From: Parasitella parasitica NRRL 2501
Lineage: Eukaryota > Fungi > Mucoromycota
Reading direction: 5' to 3'
NCBI GenBank assembly: GCA_025201805.1
Contig: MU619420.1
Span: 1 to 44,948, forward strand
DNA length: 44,948 nucleotides
Part shown: positions 34,285 through 44,948 of the stretch, in pieces
Layout: each line of letters opens with the position of its first letter
Position numbering within the stretch: the first letter of the stretch is position 1
The notes under the pieces: model-generated
Told to the model about the DNA's origin: nothing
Database searches by the model: none
Seen by the model: the letters and a program-made list of their open reading frames with translations, nothing else
Program-made: the position numbers and the translations under genes

Positions 34285-36035
34285 TCAAGCGAATATCTTA
34301 TTGTCATCATCTCCTGCAATGTCGAAATCCTCTTCGTAAGAAGCAGAAGCTAACTGGCCACCATTAGCACTGAGTGTCATGTACTATAATATATTATTAA
34401 CAATTCTAAATAAATATATAGAAATAAACCTACTTTTGTTTGGAAATCTCTATTTAACCCCTCCAATCGGTTCATAATAGCCACTCGTTCATTAATTGCA
34501 GCAATGTCGAATATGCGATTTTCCAGACTGATATGATCACTGTCTTCCTGGTCAATAAAATGAACCATCTTTACATTCTGCTTAGTGATTGACATGGTGG
34601 CCAATACTTGATTTTGATTAATCATTTCAATCAAAATCAATTCTAATTCTTGGGGTGTTACTCCACTGATCTTATCAGCCATTTCATTCAATCCGACTGT
34701 TACATAGACCTTTGTCAACTCTTTGATTATTTTACGACGGAGTGATTGTAAACACTGCTTCACCAATCCAATATGTTTATCCTAATTTATGCATATTAGT
34801 AGTATGTCACACTGGCCTGTCAGCATTGCTTACGGATTCAAATACACCTGAATTTTTGGATGCAATGTCATGAAATTTGCTAAGGTCAGTTTCTGCAAAA
34901 GCATTTACCAAACTTAAATAAGGAGCTGCTTGAGTTCTGCAGACTTTTTCGACGCCTTGAGCTGTATATTTAGGAAGTGTACGTACTTGGCCCTCGATAA
35001 TCAATGAAGCAAGGACGAATTTCTTGTACGCTGCCACTTGGATGGCACTGATCGCTTTTTGAGTAGGTACTGAAACTGCAATAGACAAAAAATCCAATGC
35101 GCGGTCATAATTCAGATTGCCAATGTATATAATAGCTCCATAATAGTAATACTCTAAAAAACGTTGAATATCAATGTCATTTTTCTACAAAAAGACCAAA
35201 TTAAAGGCTATCCATTTACACATGAGAAAAAAAAAAAGAAAGAAAACCGCTTACAGTGGTATCCAGGATCTCGATATCTTGGTTTAATACGTCCAGGGGA
35301 AATCTATATTGCTTTGCTGTAATACATGCCTAATATCGCCCGTTAGATACGTCAAATTGCTGTGTCCTTTGTGCATGCTTACTCGAATGAATGGCGCATG
35401 GAGAGAAGTTAGTGTTCGTTGGTTCGAGGAGAATCTTTCGATAGCGGTTTTGAATGACTGAAGGGGTAGCAAAGGCTATCAAAAATTGAGTCCTTAGTAC
35501 AAATATATTTTTCACTTAAATTCAAGCATAGCTTTACTTGTTTCAAGACTTTGGCAAGATGTAATAATGCCTTTCCAATGATTGTAACTACCGATGTTCG
35601 ATTAAAATCAGTTAGACGTGCTAATTTGATACAAAACTTACAGCGTGCGGGGGCTGCTTGAAGTTGCTCAGGATCAAACACTTGAATAAAATGGTCAAGT
35701 ATTTCGAAAAGATGCTTGCCGTTGTTTGTCGTTGCTTCTTTGCTTCTTGCTCCACTATCATAAAGGGTAGTCAACAAAAAAGATGCATCATCTTGCAAGA
35801 AAACATATTACATAAAATACAAGTAGGCCAAAGAATGCGTTACCGGATTCAATACAATCAGTGGGTCAAGGCCATCAGAAGTATATGCCAGTAATTGAGC
35901 TGCTGTTAACGTGTCTAATGCAGCTACATTTTCCGAGGTGGTCTGACCAGAGACGATGAGAGCGATTGTTTCGTCGATTGGAGGAATCTCTTTCGTCTTT
36001 GGTGTTTTTTCTGTAGATGATGCACCTCTTTCCAT
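34285..36035 (-). CDS. CSN3: COP9 signalosome subunit 3 (PCI domain), multi-exon
   Basis: LNPVTHSLAYLY, FIQVFDPEQL, LTSLHAPF, LEYYYYGAIIYIG...YDRALDFL, AISAIQVAAYKKFVLASLI, GLVKQCLQSL...IKELTKVYVT. Confidence 0.88.
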
Positions 36036-36419
36036 ATGAATGCTTCGTGATCAAATATATAGAGAAAAACAAGTAAAATCCAAAGCACTTTGTGCGCTTA
36101 AATATCACGCTGAGAACGAATAGCAGTGGTGCGATACCCCTCTAATGCGACTGACCTTTACTGATTTCTTCTCATCATGCACGATAGAAGCTAATCCACT
36201 TTTGAATGTAATGAATATAGCCTGCTTCTTTAGATGTACAGTATCTATCTTAATAGAGTCTAATTGACTCTGCAATTTAGATATATTGTCATGTCTATTG
36301 ACCACTGATTTGATGCATCAGGTATTGAAGCGAACGACAGTCCCTTCCTAAATTTCTGTCTAAAATCTTCTGATTTTACCATTTACTTTACATACAATAT
36401 CTGTAACTAAGTAACAAAT

Positions 36420-37734
36420 ATGTCGAAGCAACCCTTGGAAGGATTAACTGTTAGGATATTTGATCCCCCTAAGATTAATGAAGACAGTAGAGGAGGTGCC
36501 AGAGGCTACAGGGAATATACAGAGATAGTTGGTATGATTTAAATTAACTTGTGCTAAAATGGGCATTGTTCTAATACCGTAAAACACAAAATACAATTAA
36601 TACAAAAAGGTTCTCAAAAATTAAGAAATACAAATTACAATTGGAGCACGCAGAGTAAATGCTTGATTTAATTCGTAAATGACGTTATACTGATTTCAAG
36701 GGTAGAGATTTCAGCTGAAGGATTAACCAAGAGTGCAAAGGACTGGAATTGCGATGGTCGACAAAAAAAAGGCGAAAAAGTTCAAGATATGCCTCTAGTG
36801 AGTCGCTCTGATGGAAATTATCAGAAAAGGTGCGACAAAGATGATGATGTATAAAAGACTCTTTGCCTTAATAAAATTTGATTGTCGTTATATTTATAGC
36901 TTAAGAAGCGTGAAGCTGCAGCATGAATTGTGGGAACATATCAAGATAAAGATTTCTGAAGTTCAAGGCGTACAAGACAAAAAGAAATGGGAAGCAATTG
37001 TTGATCTTTTTCGTAAACTTAGGGAAGGTATATTTTCTAGTCATTGGAGCAAAGGAGATTATATGTTTGCCAAGCAAGGTACAGTATTATTCCCAGCTTT
37101 CAATCATGGCATTGAATTAACAGATATGACAACTTGAAGTCTACGAATCGTCCGTTGATTGCTGCATCAATGCTTCGAATTATGGAGAACTTGTCAAAAG
37201 TTTATCAGGTCTAATGCATATATATGAGCTTCAGGTAGAAATTTTGATACTAGAAAAAGGTTAAATTTAAGAGTTTCTTACTATGGCAATTTATTTTAGC
37301 AATACACAAAAGCAAACCCATATTATACCGTCCTGGATATTTTATATCACTCATGCTACACTCGAAACCTATATTTGGCAACACAACGTATCACCTGCAT
37401 GAAAGAAGCAAACACAAATGAATTTCGTTTTGCTAAACAACTAATTAAATCTGTTTCCACGCAAAACTCAATCTTATATTTCAAGCTGTATCATAACAAT
37501 CCATACCCTACCTTCAGGTTGCTTATGGATAATCATACAGATTTCATGCGTACCAAAGCTATTGCGAAATTGCGAAAAGCATATCTTTCAGCCTCTATTT
37601 CCTGGATTGGCAAATGGCTTGGTATTTATCACGATAAATACCTCGTACTACAAGAATTGGAACGATTGGTTAAACCAAGCTGCTTAAAGTCTATCGACTA
37701 TGAGAACCAAATTGTGCACTTTTCCAAACGATGA
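36420..37734 (+). CDS. Uncharacterised Sac3/GANP/Thp3-CSN8/Rpn12-type PCI protein; 5 predicted introns
   Basis: Spliced reading MSKQPLEGLTVRIFD..., DLFRKLREGIFSS...FAKQ|VYESSVD...NYGELVKSL, NSILYFKLY...RLLMD...MRTKAIAKLRKAY. The pattern fits the atypical PCI family; all junctions are GT-AG and frame-consistent. Confidence 0.7.
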
Positions 37735-37872
37735 ATTGCAATTGGGCAGCCAAAATATACTCACCTTCAACAAACATTATATACTTAAATTTGCTATAAA
37801 TATATCTACATGAACTCAATAAATAGTTCTCTTCTTTCTCTATTTTTTTTTACTTGAATTATCTCGAGTTAA

Positions 37873-38188
37873 ATGCCTGGACCTGCTGCTTTTTTCTCTA
37901 CTATTGGTGCCGTAAGCGCTGCTGGTGCTGCTGTCTATGCAGCGAAGATGCAATCATCCACACACTCTCGACAGGTACGTTTATATTAGCATTTACAGAA
38001 TATATATGCTGCTCTTCAAGTGAATTAATTATTATATTCATTGATTTCATCGTATATAGTCTTCTTTCAATGAGAAGGACATAAATATGAAAATGGCCAA
38101 TTCGTCCTTTTATACAAGCAACAAAAAGCTACGTTTGAGCCATCGAAATGATATCCATGTCTTGATGTTTGTAGTCGGTAAGGACTGA
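37873..38188 (+). CDS. Possible small two-exon protein (about 76 aa) with hydrophobic Ala/Gly-rich N-terminus
   Basis: ATG after a pyrimidine-rich leader; exon 1 MPGPAAFFSTIGAVSAAGAAVYAAKMQSSTHSRQ, donor GTACGT at 37975, acceptor TAG at 38059; exon 2 SSFNEKDINMK...VGKD*. Confidence 0.4.
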
Positions 38189-38944
38189 AATTGGCATTTT
38201 TCGACTGCTTTCGGTTCCTTTAATGAGCGACTCTCCATTCCACCCGCACAACATATACACATCTTCAGTCATACCCATTCTCAATCATATTGGTACGTTT
38301 ATATCATTCATTCTTCTCATAATAGCGCATCAAAAATAAACCTGACATTGTTTTGAAAGTCATCAGAGATAATACCATCGTGAAACAGATGGTAGTATCT
38401 GTATTCGATGAATTCATCTTTTCATTTTCGCGGCGTTGTAGATCAAAAAGCAATTTAGAAATATTAAATGTACGACTGATGAAGCCTTGAAGCACGCTGC
38501 TAAGACGGGGGAGATCATAAAATGATATCAAGTGACCTGGAAATCTGCATATATAAATGCATACTTTTCTTTAGAATGCATCCAGGTTATGGGAAGCATT
38601 AGTGCACGATATACACTTGTCTTGCAACTTCTAGTTCAATAAAAAAAAACCTGCAGAAAAGTAAACCTATAAGTATTATCATTTACTACCCAAGAAATGC
38701 CAATTCCCTATAAACTCAAATACTCATATCACACTACTTTTGAACATCTGTAGTATATTTAGCAGTTTCACTTTTAATATGTCTTCATTTATTTATTTTT
38801 TACCTGTTACTTACTATCTAATTTTGCAGTCTATATATCATTTTATCATGCTTTCAAAAGGGCTCCCCTGAGAAATTTTTTTGGTATTCCAGAAAAAAGG
38901 CTCACGTTCAGCACACAGCAAAGTATTTTTTTTTATTAAATTCT

Positions 38945-41560
38945 ATTTGATTTTTGGCAGAAATAAAAAAGCTACAACTGTAAACAAGGTATTGATGTGT
39001 AGGCATTGAGATGATGGTTTGCTTGGTCAACTTAGTAGAGCTAAATGTACTCAAAATTGTCTTGAATTTCCTCAAAAGCTATCAAAAAGAGCGTTTTTTG
39101 AATATTTGAAAATTGGTATTAATTAAAAGTGTTTCTATAGGGTAGTAACCTATATGGTTGGATGCAGAATTTATTTTTTGATATAAAACACTTATTACGC
39201 ATATCTGATATACCTATTGCGTTCATGAGATATCTAGCAATGAACTATGCGAAAAAAGCTCGAAACTGGTTTTAATTTGTGGGACTAGTTTCTTGAGCTT
39301 TTGTGATTTAGGTATTCAAAAATCAAAACCAACTGTATATTGATAGTTAATAATTATTGCAAGCTTCATGAATGATTGATTATTACCAAAGTCGCAGAAT
39401 GGAAAATGTTGGTAATTAGATATTGATAAAAAGTTTGGAGAAGAGGAAAAGAAGTAATAGTAACATAATGATAGGTCTTAAGTATCCACTGATCTGTCAA
39501 TGTAGCACCAGATTTACACATTATTGCTGTTCTTCAAATCATTTTGGTTTAAATAGAAACACAGTGCTGAGATTCAATCCACAGCCTCTTTCTTCGCTGC
39601 AAATGAGGGCACCAGCTGTTTTCAATTGAAGAGCAAAGCATGATTCTAATAGGTACCTTGTGTATGTCTCCATATGAATTAATAGCTGAGATACTGTATA
39701 CTACGGGTTCAAAAACCATTTTCGTACATCTTCATTTTTGAATGATATAAATACCGCCAAATCTGAAATATTACCCCCTTCCCCGCTTAACGGCTTAGTT
39801 TGCAATCGCTAATAAATTTTGAAACTATTAAGCAATGAAACCACAACCTTGAGCCAAAAACTTCTTTTTTCACTGCATTTTACAACATGTCCAAGTCTTA
39901 TGAATCTCTGACCATTTTTCAAATTTTGCTATGTTTGGACCCCAAACCTCAGATTCGATTTTCAGTTTTCAACTTTATGTCGATCTTCAGGGTCATTTTT
40001 AGGCACGAATTTGGGGTCCAAACCAAGTATACAGGCTAATACTAGTATGATAACTGTACGTCACTACGCCCTTCGATTCTTGATATCTAACTTTACTGTC
40101 GAGATATTGACATAACTAGGTTTTACAGATTTGGCAGATTTTACAGCATATGCTCCTATTACAAGTACCATATTTTGCAACTAAACTAAGTTCAAGTTCC
40201 TAAGTAAACTAATAGAGCAAAATTCGGTACACCTACTGGTAATAAACATGTCGCATTCAAGCTCGACTTCGGCAAGCTTAGGCCAATTTTGTCTTTTTAC
40301 GCGAAACTTTGTTCCCCTGTTTGTCAAAAAACCACTATGACACTAGGGCTGGAGCGATTAGTAAAATCTTTTTGAAACCTAATTCTCTACTAGATGTATT
40401 ATTATTTAGATAGATATATCGAAAAAAATATTTTTCCTATTTTTTTAGCAGAGGCCGGATTTATTGTCACAACTTTCAGAGCAATAACTGGTAAATACAG
40501 ATACATGATATAGTAATACAAAAATAGACCTATAAAGCGGCTACGAAATGGTTTTTGTTTGGTCAAAAAATATCAATTTTTGAGGGAGAAAATCTCAAAA
40601 AATGGAATCAATTTTTACCCTTTTAAATGGCTTCATTTTGGCCCTCTAAACATAGGACCGGAAAATTGTAAATTCATTATAGTGGAAACAAGATTTTGAT
40701 TTTTGGCCCCGAAAATGAAGCCACCATTGTGAACAAGATATTGATGTGTAGTTATTGACATGATGGTGTGTTTGGCCAACTTTATAAAACTGAATGTGCT
40801 CAAAATATGCTTGATTTTACTGAAAAACAATCAAAAAAGTCGTTTTATGAATATTTGAAAATTGGTGATAAGAAAAAGTGTTTCCATATCCTTGTAATGT
40901 ATATGGTTAGATCCAGAATTCATTTCTTGTCATAAAACACTTAGTATGCATATCCAATATACTTATTATTTTTTTGAGATATATAGGAATAAAGTATGCG
41001 AAAAAAAGCTGAAATCTGGTTTGGGTCGAATGGAAACACAGTGCTGAGATTCAATCTAAAGCCCTTTTTTTTTGCTGAAAATGAGTGCAACACCTATTTT
41101 CAACTGTAGAGCAAAGCATAATTCTAATGGGTACCTTGTGTATGTCTCAATATGTATATCCATAACTGGGATAATGCATAATAAAACGAACTTCAAAACC
41201 ACTTATGTAAAAAACCTTCATTTTTGGATAAAATACATACCATCAATTCAAAGACATACCCTTTTCTCAAGCTTAAACGCATAATTTTTAATTACTGCTA
41301 TCTTTACAAACTATTAAGCGATGAAGATACAATTTTCAGCCAAAATATTTTTCATTTCAACTCTTCGATAACAACGTATCCAACTCTCGAATATATATAT
41401 ATTTCTAACCATTATTCAGATTTTGCTATAAGTTTGGACGCCACACCTCATATTCAATTTTCAGTTTCAAATTTGGGGTAATCTTCAGAATCATTTTGAG
41501 GTATGGATTTGGGTTCCAAGAAAAGCATACACCCTAGCTCTGGTACAAAAACTGTACCTG
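38945..41560. repeat. Two diverged long direct repeats (about 38945-40060 and 40695-41560), non-coding, probably from a DNA transposon
   Basis: Colinear shared blocks: tttgatttttggc, tattgatgtgtag, gaatatttgaaaattggt, ataaaacactta, gaaacacagtgctgagattcaatc, agagcaaagcat, ggtaccttgtgtatgtctc, ttttcagtttc, aactgtac. Confidence 0.85.
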
Positions 41561-43586
41561 AACCACCATGCTTTCCAAATTGCAATATATCTGTCACTTA
41601 GTTCTCGAGATGCCGCCAAAACAAGATTTATAGCAAGTTATATGCATAATGATTGATCAAGATTTAGTTTTCATATAACTACTAGAGATATCAAGCATTG
41701 TGTCGATAGTGATAGAAAGCGTTTGGTATGAAGTAGTTTACGCGACCTAAAATAAGTCCTCTTGTGCGGTTACACATATTTTTGTTTTCGCTTCACTGAA
41801 TCAAAAAGAACTAAACAAATATTCAGTTAGAGTGTAAAGGCACTGCTAACAAACTAGATAATTCTGCACATTATCTATTAGCTTTAGAAATGTTATCATA
41901 AATCTTCATTGATACATTATAGTACAAAAAATCGGACAATTTGGCCTAAATAAACAAATTTTTGGTTTTTCTATTTAGTCCATTAAATGTTCAATACAGT
42001 TTAATTTAATCTTTGCATAGTAAAAAGATTGAGCGCCAGTTCTTGTATTGGTTTGTTGTATTATGTTTGCAAACTTATTGTGATAAATTTGGCATCAAAT
42101 ATGCAATCAAAATGCTTACACAATAATTTTTTTGACAAATTGAACAATTTGGAACAAAAAATGCGCTTGTTTCTTTAAATTCAGCCGCGTGCTCAATCAA
42201 AGGCTTCGGAGGTATAGTTGGTAATTATATCAAGACATATCAGTATGGAGAGTCATCTCTCTTTTTAGAAATTAGTAGTAAAAGATAGATCAGAATCTTT
42301 GTTTATTGGATACAATACTAATAAAAAGTAGAACATGCCTTTCAACCGCAATATTTTCAAAATGATACTGCTGTATGTCAATTTGGCTTGTTTGTATTGA
42401 GCAGTGTATAGACAAGAGAAGCAACTCACATGTCAACTACAATAAACCATTCGAATTCTACAATGCATTCAAACTTGGCTATCATGATTAAAAGTCTAAA
42501 GAGAAACTATGAGACTTGACATAACTGTTTTTCGCAATTTGTCCTCCTTTCATCAAGAATTTGAATTGAAATAACTTTTCATCCAAGCAACCAATTTTCA
42601 AAACATAAAAAGTATCATGATCCACAACATCAAGTCTATCTTTCCTTTAGGTTTGGTCCACCAGATTATAGTTTTCCCCTTAAGGTTTTCCACTTTACAT
42701 TGTTTACTGGTTTGGATGCATTTACTGTTTACGCATAGATACGGTCACAGGCGTATTAAAAAATTGGCTACGCCTTTTTTTTTTTTTTTTTTTNNNNNNN
42801 NNNTGCTGCTTCTCTACTTCTATTACGCTATTATGTTACTATTATATACTCTTATACTTGATCATCTACAATCCATACGTGTGCAATTTGCGTTCATTAT
42901 TGCTGGCATTGTATGGTGTACCACTTTGATTCTGGGTAAAGTCGATTTTTTTCCTTAAAATCAGTGAATATTACACACGTTGTCTGAAAAACGATGATTA
43001 ACACTCTCATACGCGTCTTTTATAGTACCTATCACGAGAAAACAATGTACAAGAGGGCGTCTTTCTAGTGCAGTAGTTCATTCAGGTATTATCATTTATT
43101 ATGTTTTTGTAAAAGCTTTTTTACTAACTGAAAAATCTCTTCTGCTTTACATTTAGGTTTGGTTCTCTCTTCGTGTCAAGTGGATGGCCTATCACTGTAA
43201 CTTGACATTAGATCTTTCTCCGGGTCATACAGGAACATGTAGGCTGTTTCTACTCATTGACTGTGCTTACCCTAGCAGTTCTTGAGATGGGCCATTTTAT
43301 CCGAAGCTAGGAAGTGCGGTAAGGCATTTTTTGGCTGTTGAGGGGTGGTATTCCTTGAAGTTCTACCAATTTCTATTTTGGTCGAATTTCAAGCTCCGCC
43401 TAACATCAAAACAGGGGGAAACCCTGTTTTTTTGTTTTTAGGATTTTGGGGTTGACTTAGTCAAATTAAGCGCTCGATTTATAATTTTTCAGCACATTTT
43501 TTGTGTATTTTAATAAATTTCACAAGGAAAATAAATGTTGGATCAAAAAGATAATAAAAAAACCAAAGGTTAACGAGATACGAAAA

Positions 43587-44133
43587 NNNNNNNNNNNNNN
43601 NNNNNNNNNNNNNNNNNNNNNNNNNNNNNNNNNNNNNNNNNNNNNNNNNNNNNNNNNNNNNNNNNNNNNNNNNNNNNNNNNNNNNNNNNNNNNNNNNNNN
43701 NNNNNNNNNNNNNNNNNNNNNNNNNNNNNNNNNNNNNNNNNNNNNNNNNNNNNNNNNNNNNNNNNNNNNNNNNNNNNNNNNNNNNNNNNNNNNNNNNNNN
43801 NNNNNNNNNNNNNNNNNNNNNNNNNNNNNNNNNNNNNNNNNNNNNNNNNNNNNNNNNNNNNNNNNNNNNNNNNNNNNNNNNNNNNNNNNNNNNNNNNNNN
43901 NNNNNNNNNNNNNNNNNNNNNNNNNNNNNNNNNNNNNNNNNNNNNNNNNNNNNNNNNNNNNNNNNNNNNNNNNNNNNNNNNNNNNNNNNNNNNNNNNNNN
44001 NNNNNNNNNNNNNNNNNNNNNNNNNNNNNNNNNNNNNNNNNNNNNNNNNNNNNNNNNNNNNNNNNNNNNNNNNNNNNNNNNNNNNNNNNNNNNNNNNNNN
44101 NNNNNNNNNNNNNNNNNNNNNNNNNNNNNNNNN
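43587..44133. other. Assembly gap (N run); smaller gaps at about 15047-15056, 42794-42803 and 44596-44650
   Basis: Runs of N in the sequence. Confidence 0.99.
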
Positions 44134-44720
44134 ACGGGTACGCGCATTTCTCATGTTAACAGTTTGAGCCGCTGTTCTGCGTTTACCACTGGCCTTTGCA
44201 CCATTCTTTCTTGACCAGTAAACTTCGATATGCTTAGTCGAATCAAAGTGATCAACAGGCTCCCATGTATGCTCTTCCTCAGCATCATAACCTTTCCAAT
44301 GCACTTTATACAAGTAGTTACCAGGTGTTCCCTTGTGATCAATCACTGCTAGAACTTCAAATCTTTCATTGCAAAATTCATCAACAGACACAGGCTTTTG
44401 ATTAGCAGCAGCCTTATACACAATATGATGAGTTGGAACATCTCTACTAAGCAACGCACCAGTTCTATCCATCAAGACATAAGAACCATTAGCGGTAACA
44501 TTATGAATCCGATAAGGACCTTCATAACGTTCATCCAATTTATTTTGACGATCAACATTCTTGATCATAACTTGACTACCAATTGGATACGGTGCNNNNN
44601 NNNNNNNNNNNNNNNNNNNNNNNNNNNNNNNNNNNNNNNNNNNNNNNNNNTGATCAATAGCAGCGGATTTAAAAGGATGATATCCTTCCTTGGCAATATT
44701 ATATTTGTTGCATTCCAATA
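44134..44720 (-). mobile_element. Ty3/Gypsy chromovirus pol fragment: integrase pieces, GPY/F motif and chromodomain
   Basis: ECNKYNIAKEGYHP (after the integrase zinc finger), gap, YPIGSQVMIK...KLDERYEGPYRI...GSYVL, then FEVLAVIDHKG...YKVHWKGY...TWEP (chromodomain). Confidence 0.92.
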
Positions 44721-44948
44721 AAACGGATAAATGAGAATAGTTCGAAATATGATCGGTTTGATCAAATGGAAATTCTTTAACTTGAAGGATATTGGATTTA
44801 GATGTAATCAACAAGCTAAAAATTACAAAATGAATCAGAGCTATGTTAATAAACATCATCCAGTTGATCCTCTCTGTAATCATCATCATGTAACTTACAA
44901 GTTATTAAGGAACACAGAAAATAACGTCTAATGTTGTCTTGTCAAAAT

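Noticed and set aside
38860-43430. Possible terminal inverted repeats GGGCTCCCCTG (about 38860) and CAGGGGGAAACCC (about 43412) bounding a DNA transposon
   Set aside because: The match is short and imperfect, no TSD is evident, and the right-hand motif is explained by a local hairpin (AAAACAGGG...CCCTGTTTT).
41600-43586. Possible transposase remnant or 3' LTR of the chromovirus
   Set aside because: No DDE motif, polypurine tract or TG...CA boundary could be identified with confidence.
43479-44889. Long ORFs 43479-44147, 43503-44159 and 43570-44889 in the ORF track
   Set aside because: Their length comes from N runs translated as X. Only the integrase and chromodomain parts are real.

Overview
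Eukaryotic, AT-rich, intron-dense fungal genomic DNA. Short (about 55-65 nt) GT-AG introns, gene content and repeat types suggest Mucorales (inference). The window holds one elongator tRNA-Met and about 13 spliced protein-coding genes: a Phx1/HOY1-type homeobox factor, NSE1, MPE1/RBBP6, UTR4/enolase-phosphatase E1, a tandem HSPA12-like Hsp70 protein, a cyclin-Q/M-like cyclin, an RPD3-type HDAC, a MEP ammonium permease, a KRE2/KTR mannosyltransferase, RBM22/SLT11, HisRS, a USP-domain protein, CSN3 and a Sac3/Thp3/CSN8-type PCI protein. Repeat-derived zones lie at the left edge (probable LINE ORF1 facing the tRNA), at 24.4-25.6 kb (probable solo LTR plus a direct repeat) and at 38.9-44.9 kb (diverged long repeats, chromovirus Ty3/Gypsy fragment, N gaps). 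No prokaryote-style system (CRISPR, operon) is present. The most notable observations are (1) an internally duplicated Hsp70-like gene with one apparently active and one degenerate ATPase module sharing intron positions, (2) an in-frame TAA inside the conserved C-terminal motif of RBM22, (3) a likely intronic poly(A) site in MPE1 that would give a DWNN-only isoform, (4) CSN3 head-to-head with a partner-type PCI gene, (5) an animal-type cyclin Q in a fungus, and (6) a possible tRNA-targeting LINE. All family calls come from motif recognition by eye, not database searches. Exon boundaries are manual predictions.
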